DNA of 64,000 nt from Candidatus Eiseniibacteriota bacterium (GCA_963744995.1 CAVUWA010000004.1:32001-96000), one strand, 5' to 3'. Positions 48,720 to 60,605 are shown, numbered from the stretch's first letter. Numbers and translations are program-made. The notes: generated from the letters alone by a model not told the origin.

Positions 48720-51131
48720 ATGCAGCCGTTCCGCTCCCTGCTAGTGCTCGTCGTGATGCTCGTGGTGCCGGCGTTGAGCCATGCCGGACTGAGGTTCCGC
48801 CCGACCTTTACGGACTACAAGATCGGCTACGCCCCGTTGGACGCCGCCATCGCGGATCTCGACAGCGACGACATAGCCGACCTGGCGGTGCCCATCAGCG
48901 GCAGCGGCAGCGGTGTGGTGCTGATGAAGGGGCTGGGCGATGGGACGTTCACGGTGATGGACACTCTGGCGGTCAGCAGTCCGCGCAATATCGTTGCAGC
49001 CGATCTGAATGATGACAATAAGACGGATCTCATCCTGGTGGGATCCGGCGGCACGATGGTCTTTGTGGGCCACGGGGATCTGACCTTCGATCCGCCTGTG
49101 ACCTACGGTGCCGGCCTCGTCGGCATTCGGCTCGCCGTGGGCGACGTGAACGGCGACACGATTCCCGATATCGTGGCGTCTGACTCCCTGAATACGCTGA
49201 ACGTCCGCCCCGGCGTGGGGGACGGATCTTTCGGCGCTCCGCTGCCACTCACGATCTCAGGGTACGCGAACGGCGTGGCGATCGGCGACTTCGACGGGAA
49301 CGGGTTCGTGGACGTCGCGGCCGCGACGGCGGAGAGTGTGATGGTGTACAGACAGACCTCTGCGGGGACGTTCGCTCCACGGGTCTCCTATGCCAGCGCC
49401 TCCAAAGGGCTGGCCGCGGGCCTGATCGACGGCGACGCGCTTCCCGACCTGGTGCGCGGGGCATCGTGGCTGAAGAGCCACCTCGATGGGCCTCCCGATG
49501 CGCCGGTCAGCTTCGGTGCCGCAGAAGAGGAACTGGCAGGCGTGGCCGACCTCGATGGGGACGGGACCAGCGATGTCGTGGCATCCAGTGGACCGGGGGG
49601 CGAGTACTTCGTCGTCGTCCATCGCGGACTCGGCGGAGGCAGCTTCGACGTCCCCCGCCAGTACCGGACCGGAGCCGGAGTCGCCGGTCTAACTCTTGGT
49701 GACGTCGACGGGGACGGCCATGTCGACGTAGTGACCACGTGCTCGGGATTCGGTCAACTGGTGATTCATCCGGGCGCTGGCGACGGGACACTGCTGGCGC
49801 CTCCGGACCTTCCGATGCCTGGAGATCCGTGGCAAGTGGAGATCGCCGAGGTGACGGGCGACACCCATGCCGACGTGCTCGCCATCGCCACTTCGGCGGC
49901 GGTTCTTCGCATCTTTCCCGGCCGCGGCGACGGCTCTTTCGATACGCCGGTGGACCTCTCGACCCCGGCGGATCCAAGGCGCTTCGCGTTGGGAGACGTG
50001 AACGACGATGGGATCGCGGACCTGATCACTGCGAACGGGACGTCCAACAGCATTTCGGTCTTTCCTGGGACTGGTTCAGGCTTCGGCGCCCGTTCGGACT
50101 ACCCCATGCCTGCTGTTGTTCTCGACGTCGCGGTCGCGGATCTCGGTGGGGATCACGTCGGTGACGTTCTGGCGTGCGGGGGTGGATATCTGTCGGTCTT
50201 TCCGGGGCAGACCGCGGCAGGTCTGGGAACTCGTGTCGACTACACCGGGCCCGGCGATGCCTTGCGTGTGTTCGCCGGCCGGGTCGACGCCGATACGCTG
50301 CCGGACGTCGAAGTCCTCGACTACGGCGCTCCGGGCAAGTGGTGGAACTACCCTGGAACCGGAGGGGGGGTGCTCGGCACGCCGGCGAGCGTCACTGTCA
50401 GCGCGCTGGGGTCCTTCTATCCGGCCGAGTGGGGACTTGCAGCGGATCTCACCGGCGACGGCAAGCTGGATCTCCTCACGTCCAGCACGCTGGGACTCGC
50501 GATACTGGTGGGAAATGGTGACGGCACGTTCGACGCGCTGCCGGCTCAGACCACCACAACGATCGAGAGCCGGAACAGGGCGCTCCTCGTCGCGGATTTC
50601 GATGGTGACCTCTACCCGGATCTGTTCACCGCCAACTGGTTCACGGCTGCCGCCGCCGTCTACCACGGCGACGGCTCGGGCTATTTCCCGGTCGAGCGCG
50701 GATATGGAAGCAACGGGTTTCCTACGGACGTCGCGTTGGGTGACCTGGATGAGAACGGCATGGACGACGCGGCGGTCGCGAACGAGATCACGGCTTCGGT
50801 ATCCATCCTGCTGGATGCGACCGGCGCTTCGACGGCGGTGGATCCGCTGCCCGCGCGTGCGAACGCGCTCGCCTTTACACGCGTGTGGCCCGTCCCCAGA
50901 CTCGGCGGTCCGCTGCATGCGTCATTCGTGCTGCCGGGGCGCGGTGAGGCACGGCTCGATCTGTTGGATGTCGCCGGCCGGCGCGTGGCCGGCGAGCGAC
51001 TCGGCGTGCTGGAGGCAGGGGAGGGGAACGTGACGCTCGCGCTGCCCCGCACGCTGCGACCGGGCATCTACTGGCTGCGGCTCACCCACGGCGGGCGCGC
51101 GACGGCGGCGCGGGTGGCCGTGCTCAGGTAG
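48720..51131 (+). CDS. Secreted FG-GAP/VCBS repeat protein with C-terminal T9SS-like domain
   Basis: Signal peptide, about a dozen (A/G)D(L/V/F)(D/N)GDG..D repeats with GxGDGTF. Tail LLDVAGRRV...RPGIYWLRL. Confidence 0.92.
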   Translation: MQPFRSLLVLVVMLVVPALSHAGLRFRPTFTDYKIGYAPLDAAIADLDSDDIADLAVPISGSGSGVVLMKGLGDGTFTVMDTLAVSSPRNIVAADLNDDNKTDLILVGSGGTMVFVGHGDLTFDPPVTYGAGLVGIRLAVGDVNGDTIPDIVASDSLNTLNVRPGVGDGSFGAPLPLTISGYANGVAIGDFDGNGFVDVAAATAESVMVYRQTSAGTFAPRVSYASASKGLAAGLIDGDALPDLVRGASWLKSHLDGPPDAPVSFGAAEEELAGVADLDGDGTSDVVASSGPGGEYFVVVHRGLGGGSFDVPRQYRTGAGVAGLTLGDVDGDGHVDVVTTCSGFGQLVIHPGAGDGTLLAPPDLPMPGDPWQVEIAEVTGDTHADVLAIATSAAVLRIFPGRGDGSFDTPVDLSTPADPRRFALGDVNDDGIADLITANGTSNSISVFPGTGSGFGARSDYPMPAVVLDVAVADLGGDHVGDVLACGGGYLSVFPGQTAAGLGTRVDYTGPGDALRVFAGRVDADTLPDVEVLDYGAPGKWWNYPGTGGGVLGTPASVTVSALGSFYPAEWGLAADLTGDGKLDLLTSSTLGLAILVGNGDGTFDALPAQTTTTIESRNRALLVADFDGDLYPDLFTANWFTAAAAVYHGDGSGYFPVERGYGSNGFPTDVALGDLDENGMDDAAVANEITASVSILLDATGASTAVDPLPARANALAFTRVWPVPRLGGPLHASFVLPGRGEARLDLLDVAGRRVAGERLGVLEAGEGNVTLALPRTLRPGIYWLRLTHGGRATAARVAVLR

Positions 51132-51236
51132 CGGGGGTGGAATGGCGTGGGCGGAGCACTCGCCTGGAGTTTCCAGCCGATCGATGGCGCCGCCGCTGCT
51201 GACGAGTCCATAGGGGGCGTTCGGCGAGGAGGGGAC

Positions 51237-51530
51237 ATGAGAACTCCCACGGCCGCGGGACTCACGGCCCTGCTCCTGCTCGTGCTCACGTCAGCCGCCT
51301 GCGCGGAACCGCTGCTCCGCGCCGCGCGTTACGTCTACGGTTCGTTCGACGCTTCGGCGGCCGTGATCGCGGATCTGGATGAAGACGGGATTCCCGACGT
51401 GGCGTCCGGCGATACGCCCGCATCGCAGATCCGGCTGTTCAAGGGAGCGGGGGACGGCACGCTGGCAGCGGTATCTCCCCAGCGTGCCGGCGGGCGAACG
51501 GTCGCGACGCGGGTTGCGATCGTGAAGTAG
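51237..51530 (+). pseudogene. Remnant of an FG-GAP paralogue (signal peptide, one repeat, terminal strand)
   Basis: GAGGAGG RBS, signal peptide, ADLDEDGIPDV...GAGDGTL, then directly GGRTVATRVAIVK*. Confidence 0.62.
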
Positions 51531-51545
51531 GTCGGAGGCGCTCGC

Positions 51546-51574
51546 AGGGGACGCCGCGAGGCGTCCCCTTCTTC
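51546..51574 (+). terminator. Intrinsic terminator after the FG-GAP genes
   Basis: AGGGGACGCC-GCGA-GGCGTCCCCT then TCTTC. Confidence 0.7.
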
Positions 51575-51614
51575 GTGGGCGGCTTCGGAGCGCCCGCAGC
51601 GGGGTGCGGCGGCC

Positions 51615-53498
<1,884 letters not shown>

Positions 53499-53838
53499 GC
53501 GGATCTCCTGGACGTCAGCGGCGCCGGAACGCCGCGAACCGGCGCCCCGGCTGCGCGCGAAAGGGCACGGATCGGGTGATGCGCGAGCGGCCATGGACGT
53601 CGGGCGCCCATGGCCGGAGCGCGGGAGATTGTAGCGGCTGGAGAACGTTCGTGCACGTGGGGCGCTGCGCGGATCCGCCGCCGGACGGAGCACGACGCGC
53701 GGCAGGTTCATGGTGATCGAACCGAACCGCTGGCATCCGATCGCGGGACCGCGGCATCGAAACGGCGTGTCGTCCCGCCGGCCGGCTCGCGGCCTGCGGG
53801 CGCGGGGCGCAGCGGGGCAGCGGATCCGAGGTGGGAAA

Positions 53839-54243
53839 ATGCCTTCAAGTCGACGCTTAATCGCAAGTGCGGCAGTCGCTTCCATCATGCTCGCCGGGTG
53901 CGCGTCCGGGCTCGCACGGCCCGTTCGCAGCGTCGCGGCCGTGACCGGCGCCGACGGCGTGCAGCGGGTGGCGATCGACCTGCACAGCTTCTACTTCGAG
54001 CCGAATCGGGTGGTGGTCCATGCCGGCCGGCCCGTGGAGCTCGTCCTGCGGAACCGCTCGATCCTGGTTCCGCACAACCTGACGCTCGTCGACTCGACCT
54101 TCTCGATCGATCGCAACGTCTGGGCCCCGGGGGCCCATCGCGTGCGCTTCACGCCGCAGGTCCCCGGCGAGTACGAATTCTTCTGCCACGTCGATCACCA
54201 CGCCGCGAAGGGGATGAAGGGCACGCTCGTGGTGGAACCGTGA
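53839..54243 (+). CDS. Cupredoxin (type 1 copper) lipoprotein
   Basis: LAGC lipobox, [35 protein letters not shown] (His/Cys/His/Met ligands). Confidence 0.85.
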   Translation: MPSSRRLIASAAVASIMLAGCASGLARPVRSVAAVTGADGVQRVAIDLHSFYFEPNRVVVHAGRPVELVLRNRSILVPHNLTLVDSTFSIDRNVWAPGAHRVRFTPQVPGEYEFFCHVDHHAAKGMKGTLVVEP

Positions 54244-55319
54244 GCGCGGCGCCGCGGCTGCTGTCCGTCGCCAGCGCCACGCCGGCGCACCGCGCCCGGC
54301 AGCACGACGCCCGCTCGCTCGCGGCACAGCTGTTCCGGGAGACCCTCGCGGCCGACCCGCGACTGCTGCGGGTGTTCGACCACACCGAGATCGACGGCCG
54401 CGACGTGTGCATGCCGCTCGAGTGGTACGGCGAGAACCACGACTTCGCCGAGAAGAACGCCCTGTACGTCGAGCACGCGCTCGCGCTGGCCGCGGAAGCC
54501 GGGCGCACGGCGCTCCGCCGCGCCGGGATCGAGCCGCGGGACGTCGATCACGTGGTGTTCGTCTCCTCGACGGGGGTCGCCACCCCGAGCCTCGACGCGC
54601 GGCTCGCCAACCTGCTGCCGCTGCGCACGGACGTGCGTCGCACGCCGATCTGGGGTCTCGGGTGTGCCGGGGGCGCCGCGGGGCTCGCGCGGGCGCGCGA
54701 CTTCGCCCTCGCGGATCCGGAGGCGCGGGTGCTGCTGATCGCGGTCGAGCTCTGCACGCTCACGTTCCAGCGCAACGACCTCACCAAACGCAACCTCGTC
54801 GCCGTCTCGTTGTTCGGCGACGGCGCGGCGGCGGTGGTGGTCGAGGGCGCCCGCGCCCGCGACGCACGCGCCGCGAACGGCGCCCCGGAGCTGCTCGCTT
54901 CGCACAGCACGATCTGGCCGGATTCGCTGGACGTGATGGGCTGGGAGGTCGACGGCAGCGGTCTGCACGTCGTGTTCTCGAAGGACATTCCGACCATCGT
55001 GCGTGAAAAGGTGAGGCCGGGCCTGGCGGCGTTCCTCGCCTCGTACGGCCTCGACCTCGAGCGGCTCGAGCACGTCGTGGCGCACCCGGGCGGGGTGAAG
55101 GTGCTGCGGGCCTACGCCGAAGCGCTGGGGCGCGATCCGGAAACGTTCCGGCATTCGCGCGACGTGCTGCGCAACCACGGCAACATGTCGGCGCCCACCT
55201 GCCTGTTCGTGCTGGAGCGCCTGCTGGCCTCGGAGGGAATGCGCAGCGGCGAGCATGCGGTGGTCGCCGCGCTCGGGCCCGGGTTCTCGTCCGAATACGT
55301 GCTGCTGCGCCGCCCGTGA
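54240..55319 (+). CDS. Type III polyketide synthase (BpsA/SrsA-like)
   Basis: Catalytic triad GLGCAGG, HPGG, GNMS. Also LFGDGAAA, ALGPGF. Confidence 0.95.
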   Translation: MSAAPRLLSVASATPAHRARQHDARSLAAQLFRETLAADPRLLRVFDHTEIDGRDVCMPLEWYGENHDFAEKNALYVEHALALAAEAGRTALRRAGIEPRDVDHVVFVSSTGVATPSLDARLANLLPLRTDVRRTPIWGLGCAGGAAGLARARDFALADPEARVLLIAVELCTLTFQRNDLTKRNLVAVSLFGDGAAAVVVEGARARDARAANGAPELLASHSTIWPDSLDVMGWEVDGSGLHVVFSKDIPTIVREKVRPGLAAFLASYGLDLERLEHVVAHPGGVKVLRAYAEALGRDPETFRHSRDVLRNHGNMSAPTCLFVLERLLASEGMRSGEHAVVAALGPGFSSEYVLLRRP

Positions 55320-55837
55320 TGCCCGAGCCCCGCGTCGCCCTCGCCCTCGCGGCGTACCTGGTCTGCCTGATCGTGGAGCGCTTCGTGGAGCTGGCGATCT
55401 CCGCGCGCAACGGCCGCCGTCTCGTCGCGCGCGGTGCGCGCCTCCGGGCGGACGACGGCTTCCGTCCGATCGTCCTGCTGCACGTGCTCTTTCCGCTGGC
55501 GCTGATCGCGGAGGTGATCCTGCTCGGCGCGCGACCCGGTGTCGCGTGGCCCGTCTGGCTGGCGGCCTGGCTCGGCGCCCATGGGCTGCGCTTCGCCTGC
55601 ATGCGTGCATTGGGCGAGCGCTGGCACGTGCGCGTCCTCACGCCGCCCGGCGCCGCGCCGCTGCGGCGCGGCCCGTACCGGTTCCTGCGGCATCCGAACT
55701 ACCTCGCCGTCGCGGTCGAGATCGCGGCGGCGGCGATGATGTTCGGCGCCTGGCGCACGGCGATCGTGTTCTCGCTGGCCAACGCGGTCGCGCTGACCCG
55801 CCGGATCCGGGTGGAGAACCGCGCCGTCTACGGCTGA
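55316..55837 (+). CDS. Isoprenylcysteine carboxyl methyltransferase family protein (BpsB/SrsB-like)
   Basis: ERFVELAISARN, LGERW, GPYRFLRHPNY, RIRVE. GTGA overlap with the PKS. Confidence 0.9.
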   Translation: MMPEPRVALALAAYLVCLIVERFVELAISARNGRRLVARGARLRADDGFRPIVLLHVLFPLALIAEVILLGARPGVAWPVWLAAWLGAHGLRFACMRALGERWHVRVLTPPGAAPLRRGPYRFLRHPNYLAVAVEIAAAAMMFGAWRTAIVFSLANAVALTRRIRVENRAVYG

Positions 55838-55858
55838 GCCGGCGGCCGGCACGCCCGG

Positions 55859-57727
55859 CTACGACAGGATTCCCGCCACGACCAGCAGCGCGATCGCCAC
55901 GCCCATCATGCTCTCGCCGGCGATGATGCCGGACGAGACCGGCACCACGTACTCGTCCGCCACCTTCGGCTTCCAGCGGTGGAGCCCCACTGCGAGCAGG
56001 GCGCCGATGAACATCGAGATCGAGTAGTAGCCGGTGATCGTGAAGGCGATGCCGAGGCCCACCGGCGAGGGGATCCACTGCTTGTGTTTCGGAAATGCCG
56101 TTTCGAGGAGCGCCAGCACGATGCCGGTGATCGCGCCGACGAGCAGGCCGATGCGCGCCGTGCGGTGCAGCGCGCCGACGCCGTTGGCGAGCAGCTCGGC
56201 GACCCCGCGCCACACCTGGGCGGCGGGCGCCGGCCACTGCTCGGTGCCGAGCATCGAGGCGTTCGGGATCAGCAGGAAGAACACCGGCACCACCACGAGC
56301 CCGCCGGCGAGCACGCCGAAGAACTGCGCGATGAACTGCTGGCGCGGCTTCGCGCCCAGCAGGTAACCGGACTTGAGATCGGTGAGCAGGTCGCCGGCAT
56401 GGCTGCACGCGCCCGCGGTGATGTTCGCGGTCATCAGGTTGGTGGGCACGTTGCCGGGGGCGAGCGCGCCGTAGGTGAGCTGGGTGATCTTGGAAAGGGG
56501 CCCCGTGGGGGTGATGTCGGTCTCGCCGGTCGAGCGCGCGGCGACCACCACCAGCAGCAGCGTCATCAGCACGGCAATGATGCCCATCCAGATGTGAATG
56601 TGGAAGAACGCGTGACCCATCCAGACCACGACCGCGCCGAGCGCCACCATCCCGCCGACGAACCACGAGCCCGGCACCTCGATCGCGTCCATCGGATCGT
56701 CGCCCTGCGTGGCACGGCGCGGCCGGAACATGGCGGTGATCGTGCTGAACGCGCGCACCACGGTCTTCCACTGCAGGAAGAACATCAGCAGGCCTGCGGT
56801 GACCATCATCGGCACGCCGATCCACAGGCTCCACGACGAGATGCGCCGGAGCGCCGAGCCGCCGCTCGAGGCGATGACCCCGGCGTCCATCATCATCGGC
56901 GCGAGGATGCCGTAGTTGATCACCGTGCCGAGCATCAGGCTCCACGCCTGGCGCATACCCATGATCGCGCCCGCGGCGACGAACAGCAGCGAGCCCTCGA
57001 ACGACAGCGTCAGGTCCTGCATCATCCGGTAGTTGCCGATCTTCCACGCGCCCGGCAGCCAGGTGGCGGGGATTTTCGGGTACCACGAAAGCCATGGCGC
57101 CGAGGCGTCGCGCAGCCAGGTGATGAGCGCGCCGAGCAGCGCGGCGAGCCCGAGGGAGCGCGCCTTGCGCTCGGCGGCGCCGCCGTGCTCGTGCAGGCTC
57201 CGCAGCGTTTCGGCCGCGGCGATGCCGCTCGGGAAGCGCAGCTGCTCGATATTGATCATCTGTCGCTTGGCGGGAACCGCGAGGAACACGCCGAGCCACG
57301 AGATCACCAGGATCCACACGGTGAGCTGCCACATCCCCGGGACCGCCTCGGGGTTCAGCATCATCAGCGCGGGAATCGCGTTCACGAGCCCCGCGCCGGT
57401 CATGTAGCCCGCCGCCGAGGCGGCCGACTGCATGGCGTTGTTCTCGAGGATGCTGAACGGCGGGAACTGTTTCGGGAACAGCCGGTGCAGCGTGGCGAAG
57501 ATCGCGTAGGCGAGGATGCACGACGTGATCGCCACGCCCAGACCCCAGCCGGCCTTGAGGCCGATGTAGACGTTCGACAGCGACATGAAGCCGCCCAGCA
57601 GCATGCCCATGATCAGCGCGCGGCGGGTGAGCTGCGGCATGCGGTCACCCTGGTAGACGGTTTCGAACCAGTGCCGCTCGATTTCTTCCGGCGTATGCGG
57701 GGGGGGTGTCGCGGGAACTGTCGCCAC
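55859..57727 (-). CDS. OPT (YSL-type) oligopeptide transporter
   Basis: QLTRRA, YIGLKAGW, ENNAMQS, LRFPSGIAAA, GETDITP, DLKSGYLLGA, SGIIAGES, many TM helices. Start uncertain. Confidence 0.92.
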   Translation of the reverse strand: MATVPATPPPHTPEEIERHWFETVYQGDRMPQLTRRALIMGMLLGGFMSLSNVYIGLKAGWGLGVAITSCILAYAIFATLHRLFPKQFPPFSILENNAMQSAASAAGYMTGAGLVNAIPALMMLNPEAVPGMWQLTVWILVISWLGVFLAVPAKRQMINIEQLRFPSGIAAAETLRSLHEHGGAAERKARSLGLAALLGALITWLRDASAPWLSWYPKIPATWLPGAWKIGNYRMMQDLTLSFEGSLLFVAAGAIMGMRQAWSLMLGTVINYGILAPMMMDAGVIASSGGSALRRISSWSLWIGVPMMVTAGLLMFFLQWKTVVRAFSTITAMFRPRRATQGDDPMDAIEVPGSWFVGGMVALGAVVVWMGHAFFHIHIWMGIIAVLMTLLLVVVAARSTGETDITPTGPLSKITQLTYGALAPGNVPTNLMTANITAGACSHAGDLLTDLKSGYLLGAKPRQQFIAQFFGVLAGGLVVVPVFFLLIPNASMLGTEQWPAPAAQVWRGVAELLANGVGALHRTARIGLLVGAITGIVLALLETAFPKHKQWIPSPVGLGIAFTITGYYSISMFIGALLAVGLHRWKPKVADEYVVPVSSGIIAGESMMGVAIALLVVAGILS

Positions 57728-57924
57728 GTGGAACCTCGCCTCGGATTCGGGGAAGGACGGCCTGCGGGACGGCACAGCGTCCGATAACGACCGGCGCCGC
57801 TCAAGGGGGAAAATGGTCGCACCGCAGGGCCGAGACGGCGGCCCGGCGCGCGGCGCCGCTGGCCGCCCGTGCGGGCCCTCGGGTAAGGTGCGCGACCCGG
57901 CGCGCCGCCGGAGGGGGACCGCCC

Positions 57925-59100
57925 ATGCCGCTGCGATCGATGATCGCCACATTCCCGCGCGACGTCTGGATCCTGTTCATCGGCTCCGCGGTCAACCGCT
58001 TCGGCAGCTTCGTGCTGGTGTTCCTGATCCTCTACCTCACGAAGCAGGGGTTCTCGCCGGCGCAGGCCGGGATCGCGGTCGCGGCCTACGGGGTGGGCGG
58101 GATCGGCGCCTCGCTGGTCGGCGGCCAGCTCGCCGACCGTCTCGGCCGCCGCCGCACGATCGCGCTCTCGATGTTCAGCGCGGCGGTCGCGCTGCTGGTG
58201 CTCGGACGGGTGCACTCGCTGCCGGCGATCGTGGTGTGGACCGCGCTCACCGGACTCACCGCCGAGCTCTATCGCCCGGCATCCACGGCGCTGCTCACCG
58301 ACCTCACGAAGCCGGCCGATCGCGTCACCGCGTTCGCCGGCTACCGCCTCGCGATCAACTTCGGCGCCATGGTCGGTCCCGCGGTCGGCGGTCTGATCGC
58401 GGAGGCGTCGTTCGCCTGGTTGTTCGTCGGCGACGCGCTGACCTGCGCGCTGTTCGGCGTCATCGCGCTCGCATTCCTGCCCGAGGGCCGGCGCACCTCG
58501 CACGCGGGCGACACGGCGCTGCCGCCGCACTCGATCCTGCGCGACTCCGGGTTCCTGGTGTTCCTGGTGGCCTCGACGGCGGTCGCGTTCATGTATGCGC
58601 AGTCACACTCGGGCTTCGCGCTCGAGGTCGCCGCGCGCGGCTGGCCGAATCACGTCTACGGCCTGCTGGTGGCGCTCAACGCCCTGCTGGTGCTGCTGCT
58701 CGAAGTGCCGCTGTCACGCTGGACGCGCACCCGGCGGCGGCGGCCGATGATCGCGCTCGGCTGGGGGCTGATCGCACTCGGTTTCGGTCTGATCCCCTGG
58801 GGGCATGGAATTCCGTGGCTGACGCTCACCGTGCTGGTGTGGACGCTCGGCGAGATCGTGTCGGCGCCGATCGCGTCGGCGTACGTCTCGGACCTCGCGC
58901 CCGATCACATGCGCGGCCGCTACATGGGCGCGTGGACGATGACCTGGGGGCTCGGCTTCGTGCTCGGCCCCTCGCTCGGCGGCAGGCTGTTCGAGTGGGC
59001 GCCGGCCGCGCTGTGGGGCGCATGCCTCGGGCTCGGCGCGATCGCCGCGACGATGGTCATGCTCGCGCCGCCGTCGTACCGCCAGACGCCCGGGACCTGA
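57925..59100 (+). CDS. MFS transporter
   Basis: Motif A GQLADRLGRRR, about 12 TM helices, APDHMRGRYMG. GGAGG RBS. Confidence 0.92.
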   Translation: MPLRSMIATFPRDVWILFIGSAVNRFGSFVLVFLILYLTKQGFSPAQAGIAVAAYGVGGIGASLVGGQLADRLGRRRTIALSMFSAAVALLVLGRVHSLPAIVVWTALTGLTAELYRPASTALLTDLTKPADRVTAFAGYRLAINFGAMVGPAVGGLIAEASFAWLFVGDALTCALFGVIALAFLPEGRRTSHAGDTALPPHSILRDSGFLVFLVASTAVAFMYAQSHSGFALEVAARGWPNHVYGLLVALNALLVLLLEVPLSRWTRTRRRRPMIALGWGLIALGFGLIPWGHGIPWLTLTVLVWTLGEIVSAPIASAYVSDLAPDHMRGRYMGAWTMTWGLGFVLGPSLGGRLFEWAPAALWGACLGLGAIAATMVMLAPPSYRQTPGT

Positions 59101-59239
59101 GTCGGACCGCGGCGCTGCAGCACTTCCCCTGGCACGCCCCATGCCGTCTGCTGCGCCCGGGGCGTGCGGGTGCTACAGTCCGTCGCCGACCGCGCGCCGC
59201 CCGGCGGCGCGCCCACATCGAGACTTCGAGGAGACCCCC

Positions 59240-60532
59240 ATGACGCGCACCCCGCTTCGCGCGTGGTTGCCGTGCCTTGCCGCCGTGCTCGCGGCATTCG
59301 CGGCCGGATGCACACGCCCGGAGGCCGCTCCGCCGGCGATCCGGCTGATCGAAACCGTTCCGGTCGAAACCTCGCTCGGCAACCCGGATCTCCAATCCGC
59401 CCACGACGCGTGGCTCGAGCTGATCGGCGGCGCGCAGGCGTCGCTCGACATCGAGCAGTTCTATGTTTCACGCTGGCCCGGCGAGCCGCTCGACGACGTG
59501 CTGGACGCGGTCGGGGCGGCGGCGGCGCGCGGCGTGAAGGTGCGCTTCATCGTCGACGGCCGCATGCACGCGACCTATCCGAGGACGATCGACTCGCTCG
59601 GTACCGTATCCGGCATCGAGACGCGGGTGATCCCGTGGAAGGACATCGCCGGCGGCGTGCAGCACTCGAAGTTCTTCATCGTCGACGGCGGCACGATCGT
59701 ACTCGGCAGCCAGAACTTCGACTGGCGCGCGCTCGAACACATCCACGAACTGGGCGTGATCGTGCGCGATCACGACGTCACCGGCGTGTTCCAGCAGGTG
59801 TTCGACATGGACTGGGCCGCATCCGACCCGGACAGTGCGCGCGGCGCCCGGGCGGTCGCGGCGGCGCGTGAGGCGGCAGCCACCGCGGCGCCGCACCCGG
59901 TTCCCTACCGCGTCGTGCGCGTGCCCGGCGATACCGTCTCGGTGTGGCCGAGCTACAGCCCGCACGGGTTCATTCCGGACTCGACGCTGTGGGACCGGAC
60001 CGCGATGGTGCGCCTGCTGGACGGTGCACGCCACGAGATCGTGCTGCAGACGCTCACCTACGGCACGCGCTCCTACGGAGTCGCCGACAGCACGGTCGAC
60101 GCCGCGCTGCGCCGCGCGGCCGCACGCGGCGTGCAGGTGAGGATGCTGGTCTCCGACTGGGAAAAGGGCAGCCGCGAGATGGTGTCGCTGCAGCGCCTCG
60201 CGCGGGTGCCGGGCGTCGAAGTGCGGCTCTCGACGATTCCCGAGTGGAGCGGCGGCTACATTCCATTCGCGCGCGTGGATCACAGCAAGTACGCCGTGGC
60301 CGACACCGCCACGGTCTGGGTCGGCACCAGCAACTGGGATCCCGGCTACTGGTGGGGCTCGCGCAACCTTGCGGTGACGCTCGAGAGCCGCGCCCTCGCC
60401 GGCGCCGCGCGCCGCGTGTTCGAAGCGGGCTGGAGCGCGCCCGGCGCCGCGCCGCTCGACCCGGATTCGACCTACGCGCCGAAGATCCACGGCGAGGAGC
60501 CGCCCGCGGGAGCGGTCAAGTACGGCGGATGA
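59240..60532 (+). CDS. Phospholipase D-superfamily lipoprotein (PLD3/PLD4/K4L-like)
   Basis: AAGC lipobox, two HKD motifs: HSKFFIVD...GSQNFD and HSKYAVAD...GTSNW. GAGGAG RBS. Confidence 0.9.
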   Translation: MTRTPLRAWLPCLAAVLAAFAAGCTRPEAAPPAIRLIETVPVETSLGNPDLQSAHDAWLELIGGAQASLDIEQFYVSRWPGEPLDDVLDAVGAAAARGVKVRFIVDGRMHATYPRTIDSLGTVSGIETRVIPWKDIAGGVQHSKFFIVDGGTIVLGSQNFDWRALEHIHELGVIVRDHDVTGVFQQVFDMDWAASDPDSARGARAVAAAREAAATAAPHPVPYRVVRVPGDTVSVWPSYSPHGFIPDSTLWDRTAMVRLLDGARHEIVLQTLTYGTRSYGVADSTVDAALRRAAARGVQVRMLVSDWEKGSREMVSLQRLARVPGVEVRLSTIPEWSGGYIPFARVDHSKYAVADTATVWVGTSNWDPGYWWGSRNLAVTLESRALAGAARRVFEAGWSAPGAAPLDPDSTYAPKIHGEEPPAGAVKYGG

Positions 60533-60605
60533 TGCGTCCGGCACGGCCGGCGCCGCGGTGGCGGCGCGCCCCCGGGGAAGTGATTCCGGCGGCCGCGACG
60601 CAGCC

